DNA of 64,000 nucleotides. Source: Geosiphon pyriformis uo1. Lineage: Eukaryota; Fungi; Glomeromycota. This document shows, in pieces, positions 1 through 11,486 of the stretch. The position numbers and the translations under genes were made by a program. Numbering within the stretch: position 1 is the stretch's first letter; the number at the start of each line of letters is the position of its first letter. Where the stretch lies: NCBI GenBank assembly GCA_016748015.1, contig JAAOMT010000366.1, positions 66,334 through 130,333 on the forward strand, in the 5' to 3' direction. Under the pieces are notes generated by a model, which was given only the letters and a program-made list of their open reading frames with translations, searched no databases and had not been told where the DNA came from.

Positions 1-2240
1 TTATCAATTTTTGAAACATAATAAATCAAAAAACTGTTTATAATAATTGTCATACTAGTACTAAAAAAATTTATATTTAGAATAAACATAAAAATTCAAA
101 TCTCATCAAACTTATTCATAATTCATGACCTAATATTAAATCTTAATTTTGTTTTTATAATAATAGAAATTATGTTATTCAAGTCTATATGCTAATAAAC
201 AATATTATTTTGTTTAACAGAAACATTAATACCATAAATATTATACATAGCAATTTTCTAGATCAGATTAGTTATTGTTAAATAAAAGTGTCTAAACCCA
301 AACTTTTATTTTTTATTTTGATCAGCAAACTTATAACCATTTTTAACAGATTGTTTATATTGTTTTCCAATTTAGAAATGATTGACAGATTAAAAAATTC
401 TGTTTCTATAATAGTTTTATTACTAATAGTTATATTTGAACTCTTATTTATTATTGTATTTGTCTCTTAATTCTGTAATAAAAAGATTATTAACAACTAA
501 CATTCAGAATTAAACTGGAAAATTATTGGTTCAAGTGTGTTTACCCTCTTAGCTAACTTATTAACTTGCTTTGCAAGATTAATAAAACTGTATTCAAAAG
601 CAGCAATTTTCTTACTTATTTTTAATATAATTAACAGAAAAAGTTTTTTTTTTGAGAAAAAGCCAACTTTTAAGAAACTATTTTGCACAAAAAAAGAAAG
701 AAACAAAAAACTACTAACAACTTAAGTCTAAGTTTTTTTATTAAATAAAATTGAATGAGCAATTAGCATTTGTTTTTTTTTTATATATTTGCTAAACAAA
801 TTTGATTCTAAAAATTAACCACTCTTTTATTATAACTAACTAGATTTCTACTTACTGAGCACATACCAAAAACATGATTTAATTGTTTATATTAAGCATA
901 ACAGACCAAAAAAAAACCAGTCTGCTGCAAATTTACATTCTTAAAAATTGGAGCAGAATTAACAATAGTATTCTTTAATACTTTATTAACAAAACTAATC
1001 ACAGTATATTTGTTATATATATAAGAACTCAAATTATAACCAATAGAGCAAATTTTTTTATTATAAGATACTAATAGATTAAAGAAATTATAAACATTTA
1101 TTCTAACTAGTAAAGTATAAAGCAAAGCTTAATAATAATTTCTAACTATTTATATTTATTTTTTATTAATAGTCAATATCATATGTACAAAAATTTTTCT
1201 TATAAAAACTAATTATTTAAATATAACTAAACCAGTAATTTCAAATAATTCAAACTTTATTAAAGTTTTTTGCCAAAGACTAATAAGTTGTATTTTAATT
1301 GATATTACTTTGCCAAATTTAGAAAAACTAATTCCATAATTAATTTAAGAATATCTATTAGAATTTTTTTAATGATTATTTCTTAATTTGTATAACTGTT
1401 TATTTTTCTAACATTATTATTAATCAGAATTTTTTTACAGATTGCTATTTTTTTAGCCTTTTTTAAGTTCTATTCAGATATAAAAAATAACTTAATAATT
1501 CCTAAAAATTTTGAGAGAGTGAAAATCATCAATACAATAATATTTTTTTTTTATAATTATTAACTTATCTTCAGAAGTTTTTTCAAGCATAGCAGAAAGT
1601 TTAATATCCAAAGCAAAAAAATTTACAACTTTAAAATTTTGTTTTTTTAAAACATATGATCTAATCAATGGCAATTGCTTAAAGCCAACAAACTTAGAAG
1701 ATAAAAGCACTAAAACATTGTTATTATTATTCAAATTGTTAAATAAAGGTGTTGTTAATAGATAATTTAACACATATATTTAAATGTAAATCTTTCTTAG
1801 TATGATTTTATTTATATTTTCATTGCTTATAGAAGTGTCTAAATCTGTATAATTGATTTTTTTTGTAATTGTGTTTTTTATATTTTTTATATTCAAGAGA
1901 TTACTAATACTATTTACTATACTACTAATATTGCTCTTTTAAAATACTACAGATTTAATATTAAAGCTTCCAAAATCTACTAAATTTAAAAAATTAGCAG
2001 ATAAGTTAACTATATTACTATTGACTTTAGACTTCTTTGGTTTTTTATAAGATATATTATAAAAATAGACATTTTTTACACATTTTTTTTGGTGTTTAAG
2101 CAGATCTTCAAATCAGTTGAGCCAAAATCAGAACCATCAGCAAATGAGCTCATCAGTTTTATTATAATAAAAAGAGATGTACTAAAAAAAATAACTAAAG
2201 GAAAAAAAAAACTATTTTTTTGATAATTTTATGTTTTTAT
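1..2240 (-). mobile_element. Degenerate non-LTR retrotransposon (LINE): ORF1 plus the start of an APE-endonuclease ORF2, running off the left edge
   Basis: The minus strand gives eroded ORF1-like pieces (1492-1773 'FFALDIKLSAMLEKT..DKLIIIKK'; 892-1125 'LLYTLLV...VCYA*YKQLNHV', a decayed CCHC knuckle; 497-706 coiled coil). At ~1-260 it reads 'IAMYN..GINVSVKQNNIVY*H..NNIISIIIKTKL...IMNKFD', matching the N-terminal motifs of an APE domain. There are many stops and almost no CpG. Family recognised from memory; 5' boundary approximate. Confidence 0.65.
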
Positions 2241-2867
2241 TATGACCAAAAAATTAACAAAAAAAAGAGTTTATTTTTAAATTAAATTATTAATAAAAAT
2301 ACCAAATACTAAATAAAAAGTCAATTTAGTTTGGTTTTTTACTTTGTTTATAAGTTTAGTATTTATATAATAGTTGTATAAATATTTATTTTTTTTAATT
2401 TTATATAGCAAAAAGTTATAAAAAATCTTTTAAAACAATAATAAAAAAACTTTGTTTTAATTTAAATTATCATACATATTGTATTTTAAAAAAAATTTAA
2501 AATTTGTTATTATTTAATTAATACTGTTATTGTAAATTTTTTTAAAAAAATTAATAAAATACTTGAGAAATTATCTGTTTTTTTGAATATCAAGTATTAA
2601 ATAAAGTGGACCAAAGTGAGATTTTCTTTTCTCTGCTATAGCATATTTTTCATGATTTACTGCTAAGTGAGGTAAAAAATTAACGCTCATTATAGATATA
2701 AGTTAAAATTTGCAAACAAACAAGCTAATAGAAGAAAGCACTTTGTTTTTATATTTCACTGCTGAAAATTTGTGGATGACATAATCTGGATAGGAAGTAG
2801 TCATACTATTATGCAATACATTTTAAATATGACAAGCTAATTTTTCTCAATTAACAATGGTAAAATT

Positions 2868-3545
2868 AGATGTTAATCGGTCCATCCGGTTCGGTCCAGT
2901 CCAAGGACCGTCAGTCCCAAGGAGGACTGGACCGGACCAAGATCCAAAAGGATGATCCGAATATATCACGTGTTTATAACGTAGTTAAAAAATTACGATT
3001 TAATTATTCACGTATCCTACTGTGCTGCTTGCCTTTAATGAGTCAGAGAGAATATTGGCACTATATTTGAAAAACAAAAGAGTAGGCCATTAATATTGCT
3101 TTGCTTTTCATTAGATTGCATTTAAGACCTGAAACTCTCATCTTGTTTTTCGTTGGATAGTCCTTCATTATTACTATCATTGTCAGCAAGAAATAAAACT
3201 GAGTCTACTGGTAAGTCATCGTGCATACTTGAGTTGGATATAGTCTGAATAAGTGCGAGTTCACTTTGTAATGAAAAAATGGTATGTTCGAAATTCATAA
3301 CTAATTCTAATTCTTTTTGTCACGTATAAAAGAAAGTCGTGTCATAGTATGTCGCGTTCATTTTTTGTGTTCATGATAAAAATATCACCAACGCTGAACG
3401 TTAATCTTTGTATTACTAAATAATAAGGTGGGACGAACCTATAGAATCGTCTGTTTTGTCACATGACTAAAAATACTGCGGGACTGATAGTCCTAAAATT
3501 AGGACCGGATCTGGATCATCCAAGACTCGATTCTTAAGGACTCAA
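2868..3545. mobile_element. Non-autonomous or deleted DNA transposon relic, hAT-like
   Basis: GC-rich clusters of CGGTCC/CAGTCC/GGACCG/GGACTG motifs at 2878-2945 and again at 3480-3543 bracket ~500 bp of decayed sequence. This resembles fungal hAT subterminal repeats. No TSD or transposase was identified. Confidence 0.4.
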
Positions 3546-3559
3546 TCAAGTATAAAATT

Positions 3560-4560
3560 GAAAACATCAGTTTAAGTATCAATAATCAGAGAATTAGTGC
3601 TGTTAAGCCTAAAAATTTTTACTATTATCTGAATATTATGCTAACTACAAAAAGTTTAGCAACTCAAATTTAAAAATAGCATCAGATATTAAATTCTTTA
3701 GCAATATAATTTTTAAAAAGATCATTTCTAAAAAAAAATTGTTTATTTAATAATAATAGTGTTGTTTTTAATTATTAGTTATTAAACCCAAATAAGCTTT
3801 GCAATTATAAAAAGTTTAAAGCTTAAAACAAATCTACTTAAACAATTTTCTAATAAAACAATTCATTATTTAATGATTTATAATATCAAAAAGTTTTAAT
3901 TAAAATACAATTTAATAATGATAATTTACTGAATACAGATTTATAAACTTACATATAACAAAATGAAAATTTAAAAAAATATTTTTAATAATAGTTAAAA
4001 ATAAAAATAAATCTTATTAATTATTATTTAACAGATATAATAATATTTTTTAATAAATTAGAAATTAATATAAATAATATTAATTTATATCTCTCCAAAT
4101 ATGTATCTCATATATTAATCTTAAATGTTTTAGATAAAGTGAATATTGTTATTTATTAAAGCTTTAAAAAAATTAGTATAAAATATACTAAACAATTAAA
4201 AAATTTAATATTGAATTTAACTACTTTTAAAAATTCAAAAAGATTAAATTCTAAAGATTTTGATCTCAATTTATTTAAACTATATATCGAATATCTGATA
4301 GCTAATAATGCTAATAAAAAAATAATTGTTTTTGTTGTAATATTTAAATAATTGAACAATATGAATTTTATTTTTAAATATATTGTTAATATTAAAAAAA
4401 CTAAAAAAATATAAAAGTAAAAAAATTAAAATTTTTATTAACAAACTTAGTTTTAAATTTTGTTAAAGAAACTGCTGCTTATTTTAATAGTATTAACACT
4501 GGTTTTAGCATAAAAATTTGTGAAGTTTTATTATTAACTTCAAATGAACTTATAGTTATT
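3560..4560. repeat. AT-eroded repeat relic
   Basis: Abrupt CpG-poor, very AT-rich block with residual coding-like periodicity (ORF 4156-4359). Family not assignable with confidence. Confidence 0.35.
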
Positions 4561-6872
4561 AGATTTGAAAAAAAATAATATGTCTATTAATCATTAAGTA
4601 GTAATATACATAGGCAAATTAGGATTGAAGAAAAACAAGCCCAATTTTTGAAATAAATATTGGGTTAAAAGATGTAGAATTGCCAATGTATTAATAATAA
4701 TTTAACAGTTAATTAAATTAAGTTTAAGAATCACTTTGAAATATTGGGTAATATATTCAATTAATACACCCTGGCATCAAATAAGATGAAATAAATGTAT
4801 ATTTTCCAATATAGAAGTCGCTCTTATCGAGTGAATGTATTTCTTCGAACAATAAAATTCACGTCATAATTCCTTTATAGTTTAGCAGGCTAAAAGTTGG
4901 CAAAAATTTAATGAATTCAACATTTATGAGACAAAAAGTTCTTGACCTTCAAACCAAATTCTCTAATATGTGTTTAACCTTGTTTGAAACATTTATAGCA
5001 ATTCTCAAAACTAAAAACTTAAAAATATTAAAATATTAATTACTTTATAAAATCCAACATATTATGCAAAAATCTAATACTTTCAATATATATTACATCT
5101 TCAAAAACTTCTGCCACAATTATGAGGATAAGAAACAATAGTATGTAAGGCGCATATTTAAAAGCCATGTGTCCAAAATAAAGACAGATTTCTTATCTTT
5201 CAGATAATTTTTAAGAATTGGCTTGGAAAATTTGTGAAATAAGCCAAATTCCGTTTTTCACTTTACAAAATACCATTTTTCATTGACAAAATATACATTT
5301 TAAGACCATATCTTTTTTTACAAACTACTCCAAACAGTATAAGAGCCTAAAAAATAAAAATCAAGTATTTGTAAAATATTGAATCTGGGAGTTTTGGGAG
5401 CTTTTCTGTTTATAAAACTTTATATTCTACAAATAATATCGAAATATATACCCTTGATTTTGTTCTTAGTAAAAATTTTAAGAGGAACTGTTTTTATTTA
5501 TTTTATTGAACTCAGCCAAATTGATTTGTTAATTTATAATTTATAAAAGATAGAGAAAGACATTAAAATATAATTCTTTATAATACCAAAGCACTTGGCA
5601 TAAAAATCAAGTTCGTAGAAACTAATATGGTCGAAGAAGATATAGTAATCTTTTTAAATGATTAATATGTTATATGTGACAAATATTTAAAAATGCATCT
5701 GAAAGCATGTTTTGCAAAGCAATACGATATCAAAAAATACTAATGATTAGTAACTAACACATAGAAACTTTTCAAAACTAGCAATGCTTTATCATTGGAA
5801 AATAATTAAGATAGTGGTCAAAAAAAAGATATGTTAAAACAAGTTGTTCCAAGTCGCATAAAGACCGGTCATCTAAGTATTTAGAATTCAAAAAAGCCTG
5901 ATTTAATTGGATTACAAACCATGGTGTTTACTAGGGTCTCATTGCTTGTATAAACTGTTTGATTTTAAAATTTATCAGATATGAAAATTTTCAAATTACC
6001 TTAACCAATATAATCTCTCTTATGCATCGAATGATTTTACTTAATTTATTAGTCTTAGAGAATTAAACCTAACCTACAACAATTAGATATTTCGATTAAT
6101 AAAAGTTTTAAGGATAACACATGAAGTCTTTTTTAAAACTTATTGTTTGCTTTGTAAGTTGATATTTTAAAATAATCACCACAATGAATTGAAAAGTCAG
6201 CAGATTTATAAAAATAACCACTTGAAAATTAAAAAATTGTCAGTGTTGGTGTTTGAAGATAGAGTTACTTCATGAATCGGCATCGAAATATAGTATTTTT
6301 TGCTTTACACATTTTTTGGTGGATAATTTTAAGAAAGGGTTACTTAATACTAGAGAGTATATGAATATGCTTAATTTTAGAGCAAAAAGTAAAAAACCGA
6401 TTTTTTTTGGTTAGGTGTAAGGTTGTGGTTATAAATTAATGTAGATAAAAAATAGAATTGACATTCAATTTTGATATTTGATATTTTGAATGAAACGTGA
6501 TGATATTGGAAATGAGAAAAAAGACTTATTTGGGTTTTAAAATACATATACCAATTTGTAAAAATTTTAATAAATAAAAATTGAAAAATCTTTTAAGATA
6601 ACTCATAATGAAAAATTAGGAGGGAATTATTATCTTATTTAAAATAGTTTTAAACTACATTCTAAAACTTTTTAAATAAGAAAATAAATATCAATAATTC
6701 TAGAAATTAAGTAAGGTTTATACTCATGTGAGAGACTCTGAAATGAGTTGATAAAAACCTGGAATTTTCAAAATACAAACAGAATAAAAAAGCGTACATA
6801 TGGTATTGAAATTTTTTTTTGAAAAGAGGAATAAAATTTTCTTATTTTCTAATTTAATGCTAAAACGAAGGT

Positions 6873-9040
6873 TCAAACAATATTACAAGATTTTTGTTGT
6901 TTTCGATTTATTTTCATAAAGCCATCCAAACTATTCTGTGCAATTAAACTTCCCGCCTCCGCTGCTTTTGAGTAGAGTTCAAACGCTTTTTCTAAATTCT
7001 TTGTTGTTCCATATCCATTGTAATAACAAAACCCAAGATTATATTTTGCATCTGAATTTCCCGCCTCAGCTGCTTTTGTGTAGAGTTCAAATGCTTTTTC
7101 AAAATTTTTTGTTGCTCCTAATCCATTTTGATAACAACGTCCAAGATGATATTGTGCATCGGAATTTCCCGCCTCTACTGCTTTTGAGTAGAGTTCAAAT
7201 GCTTTATCAAAGTTTTTTGTTGTTCCTAATCCTTTGTAATAACAATATCCAAGATTGTATTGTGCATTTGAATCTCCCGCCTCTGCTGCTTTAGAGTAGA
7301 GTTCGAATGCTTTTTCAAAGTTTTTTGTTGTTCCTAATCCTCTGTAATAACAATATCCGAGATTGTATTGTGCATTTAAATCTCCCGCCTCTGCTGCTTT
7401 TGAGTAGAGCTCAAAGGCTTTTTTGAAGTTTTTTGTGGTTCCTAATCCTTTTTCATAACACCATCCAAGATTGTTCTGTGCATTTGATTTTCCCGCCTCT
7501 GCTGCTTTTGGGTAGAGTTCAAATGCTTTTCCAATGTTTTTTGTTGTTCCTAATCCTTTTTCATAACAATATCCAAGATGGTTCTGTGCATTTGGATTTC
7601 CCGCCTCCGCTGCTTTTGAATAGAGTTCAAATGCTTTTTCAAAGTTTTTTGTTGTTCCTAATCCTTTGTAATAACAATATCCAAGTTTGTATTGTGCATT
7701 TGAATTTCCCGCCTCCGCTGCTTTTGAGTAAAGTTCAAACGCTTTTTCAAAGTTTTTTGTGGTTCCTAATCCTTTTTCATAACATATCCCAAGATTGTAT
7801 TGTGCATTTGAATTTCCCGCCTCTGCCTCACTAGATATACTAGATATACCATTTAAGCTGATAGTGGTGTAATTACTAAAACTATTATCTATTTTTCCTA
7901 GAACCAGACAACTGGATATCCATTCAATTTGGTTAAGACGATTAAGAACTTCAAATATCGATGGACGGACTTGGGGTGAATTATCCCAACATTCAGTGTA
8001 AAGTTTAACATACTTTGCAGGAGTATTTTGAATTGGCGTTTCTCGACCTCCATTTACTATAGACCCTATATTAAAACATGGAGGACGTCCACTTGATAAC
8101 TCCCATAAAAGTACGCCGAGTGCATATATATCAGATTTTTCATTTCGAATATATTTATGATTTAGTAGGTACTGAGGTTCAACATAAAATATTTGCCCAA
8201 AAACCTTCGAAGATTTTCCAGATATATCTTTTAGATTTTTGGCAAGTCCAAGATCCGAAATTTTTATCGAACTATTGTGAATCAAGACATTTGAGGAATT
8301 CTTTTTTGGGAAGATAGGTTAAAAAAGATGAATAAATATTGTGAATTTATTATTGAATAAACAAATGTCTCTTCGAAAGATTTCACTCACAAGATCTCTA
8401 TGAATAATATTTTCTGCATGGAGACAGGCAATCCCGCTAGTCATCTCATTTGCAAGTCGCAATTTCTCAGTACCATCCATGTTAGAAAAGTTTGATTGCA
8501 GATATTGACGCAGAGTTCCTCCATTTGCGTATTCCAAGACGAGCATATATTTATTCAGAGTACCTATTATAGGTTTGAAAACCAGCCTTCAATTTTAAAT
8601 GATAATTCAATCTCTATTCTCTAATAAATCTTACAGTTTTACCTTGGCTTAAAATTTTTGTGACACCAAAGAAATGAATAATATTTGGAAAATAGCCGAC
8701 TGTTCTGAAAAATTGCATCTATAAAGAATAAGTTAGTTCCATATTATTTTTCATTAAGTTATTTAGTTTTGAAAGCGTTAATACATACTTCCTTAATAAA
8801 TTCCTTCATTTCAAATATATCGCTATTCGATGACTGTTTTAAACATTTTAACGCGGATTGCACATCGTTGCCACCTCTTCTCAACTTAGCACTGAAAACC
8901 TCTCCAAATCCACCCTGTCCAATACTCTGAATGCTATGAAATTCGTCATATTTAAAAAGTTTAATATTTTCCTCTTGAATTGATTTTTCAAGCCAGTCGA
9001 GAGGTGAAATGGGGTTTTCAGTTGATAAATTTGGAGACAT
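6873..9040 (-). CDS. TKL-group protein kinase with 8 C-terminal SEL1-like repeats and a CaaX-like end
   Basis: Exons 9040-8789, 8718-8643, 8563-8391 and 8300-6873 are joined by GT-AG introns in consistent phase. Motifs: GQGGFG, SALK, HRDLNSSN, DLG, YVEP, SDIYALG, CWDNSPQVRP, then 36-aa repeats 'AEAGxxxAQxxLGxCYxxGLGTTKNFEKAFELYSKA', ending in KSCNIV*. Confidence 0.92.
6963..7826 (-). repeat. 8 x 108-bp coding tandem repeat (SEL1-like)
   Basis: Eight highly similar 36-codon units are directly visible in the DNA and the protein. Confidence 0.95.
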
Positions 9041-11124
9041 ATGTTTCGAATGCTATCGCAGTTTAAGTATTTTGTGTGAAGAATCTAGAGTTATTAACTT
9101 ATCAGGGATATCGTATTTTATTTGGGCATTCTCTTCTGCAGTGTGGTGATCGCAACTAAATAGGATCGGTAAAAAATTATGAAATTAGAAAATCTTTGTT
9201 TCCGTAATTGCAAAACACGATCATTTTGTAATTATCGATCATTCGAAGATCGGATTAAAATTTTTTCTCTAATCCGAAGATTTATTAAAATCCAAAATAA
9301 AATCATAATTAATTTTTTTCGAATCCTGACTTAAATATTTCTTAACACTTATTTTATTTAGTATTTTTAAATCAATTATATTATTATGACAGAACGAGTT
9401 AATATTAAAAGAATAACTTCACTTGTTATACATATTTTACATACATCACAAACTCACAAAAGAAAATATAATTCTCTCAAAAAATAAAAATTTTATCAAG
9501 TTAAAGAGGCTGATTCAACATTTTCTAATATTATATTAATAAATTAATTTTGTCATAAGAGAGTCTACAGTATGTGATAATTTTAAAAGAAAAAATAAAT
9601 TTCTTGGCAAAAATCTAAGCTCCCACATTCTTAAAGACCATAAAAATTTTCAATTTTTGGAGATAACTTATTTTCAAAGCTAGCAATTTTGCTAAACTGA
9701 TAAAATTAATGCTTTCAAAAAAACTCAAGAATAATTAACTTGATTCAAAAGTGCTATAATATCAGAAATGTAGAAAAACAAATAGTAAATAATTTACCAT
9801 AATTTTTGCAAAAAGCCTTAAGAACTCTTATAAAAGTGAATTTAAATAATATTTATACAAAAAGTCAAAAAACAGATTTACATTTTGTGTTATCATAATA
9901 CAAAAACTTTAAAATTACCTTTTTTTATTTACAAATACAAAATTTCAAAATATATGACAAAAGTTGATTAAAATACTTTATTTGTACATTAATATGCAAA
10001 TAATAGAACATAAATGCAAACGAATTTTAAAAAACTGAACATTCATATGAAAGTTTCAACAAAATATCATATTATTTTGAATGATATTGTATCTTATATG
10101 TAGAAATTTTTTTTGATTTGTATTATTTTTTCTAATAGGCACATTAGAATTTAATGAATTATATTAATTATTTTCGACAGCTATTTATTCAATAAATTAC
10201 AATTTTTTAGTTTTCAAGCTAATTTTGACAAAAATCTAATTTAATATATATATATATATAAATTAACTTCAATCTGAAAATAAAGAAACAAATAATCAAA
10301 TTATTTACTATATTAATAATTAATTTTAAAATAGAATGCAATATTAGTTATTGATAAATAATTGAAATTAACACTATAAATGCAAAATGAAGAAATTTAA
10401 ACCATAATATATTATAAATTTTTTTGTTTAATCTTTTGGTTTAAAATAATTGGCAATTTTTTTGGTATCAATGTTGAAAGGTGTTTAAAATGAAAAATAT
10501 TATTAAAACTTATTATAATTAAATTATAAATTATTTTAAAATTTTAAAATAATTAATATAAAAAAATTGTTGCAAAATTGTTTTTTTCATGTTCATTCTT
10601 AAAATATGATAATAATTTATTATATAGCACTAAACAAAATTTAATCAAAATAATCTGTAGTGAAAAATTCAAAATTTGATTTTTAAGTATTATTTTTATA
10701 TTGATTTAATTAAGTTCTAATTCTATAAATTAATTTGATTGATTCCGAAAATTATAAATTGACAATAATTAAAGTTGAAAAAAATTAATAAAACTAAATA
10801 ATTAATAAAACTAAATGCTTTTACAATTTAAAAGAATTCTGTCAATTCTTCAGTTATAATTATTTTAGTAAAAAAGCGTTTTTGATTTAAATTTTATGCA
10901 GTTCCTTTGCAAATTAATATATTTTATATGATCTAAACTTTTGTATTGCTTATTATAATAATTAAACTGGAGTCAAAAATTTTATAATCTCAATATTGAT
11001 AAATAGTCAGAGGCAAACTTTTAATTGAAAGTTCTCTCATAATCTCAAGGCTGAAAAATACCATTGGAATCCTATTTAAAAGGCTCGGAAAATTGACCAG
11101 AGAATGTCCAAATAAATATATAAG

Positions 11125-11486
11125 CTAGAGAACTCCTGCTAGATTCTCCTTTCTGCAAACAAAAGATTTAAATTGCAATACCATTTGAAAAATATGTCTT
11201 CGATTTCATCTCTCAATTGGTTGAAAAATCAATTGAAGAAAAAATATTAAACTTAAAGGCTGATTATAATAGGTAATCAAAATAAATATATGCTCTACTT
11301 GGAATAATGAGCTGACTAGCGGGATTGCCTGCTTCCATGCAGAAATATTATTTTTATAGATCTTGTGAGTGAAGTCTTTAGCTCAAACAGGCAATTTATT
11401 TATTGAAACATAAATTCACAATATTTATTTATCTTTTTCAAACTATATTCACAAAAAAGAATACTTCAAACATCTTGATTTACAAT
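11125..11486 (+). pseudogene. Internally deleted third copy of the kinase-SEL1 gene 5' half
   Basis: Contains in order: 5' leader and ATG ('atttgaaaaatatgtcttc'), 'ttgaaaaatcaattgaaga', intron 2 acceptor/exon 3 ('tataataggta...aataaatatatgctc'), 'actagcgggattgcctg..tccatgcagaaa', 'agatctt|gtgagt', intron 3 and the exon 4 start. All are collinear with 40330-41180. Confidence 0.85.

Larger units (their letters stand above)
4750..9092 (-). repeat. Segmental duplication, copy A (inverted relative to 40330-44000)
   Basis: The reverse complement aligns by eye with 40330-44000 through the gene, all three introns and ~2 kb of 3' flank (e.g. 'cacctaaccaaaaaaaatc', 'ttgctttgcaaaacatgctttcaga', 'ggtttgaaggtcaagaa'). 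Confidence 0.9.

Noticed and set aside
6938-7834. Plus-strand repetitive ORFs (6938-7294, 7433-7834) and the minus ORF 41692-41904
   Set aside because: Antisense shadows of the SEL1 coding repeats.
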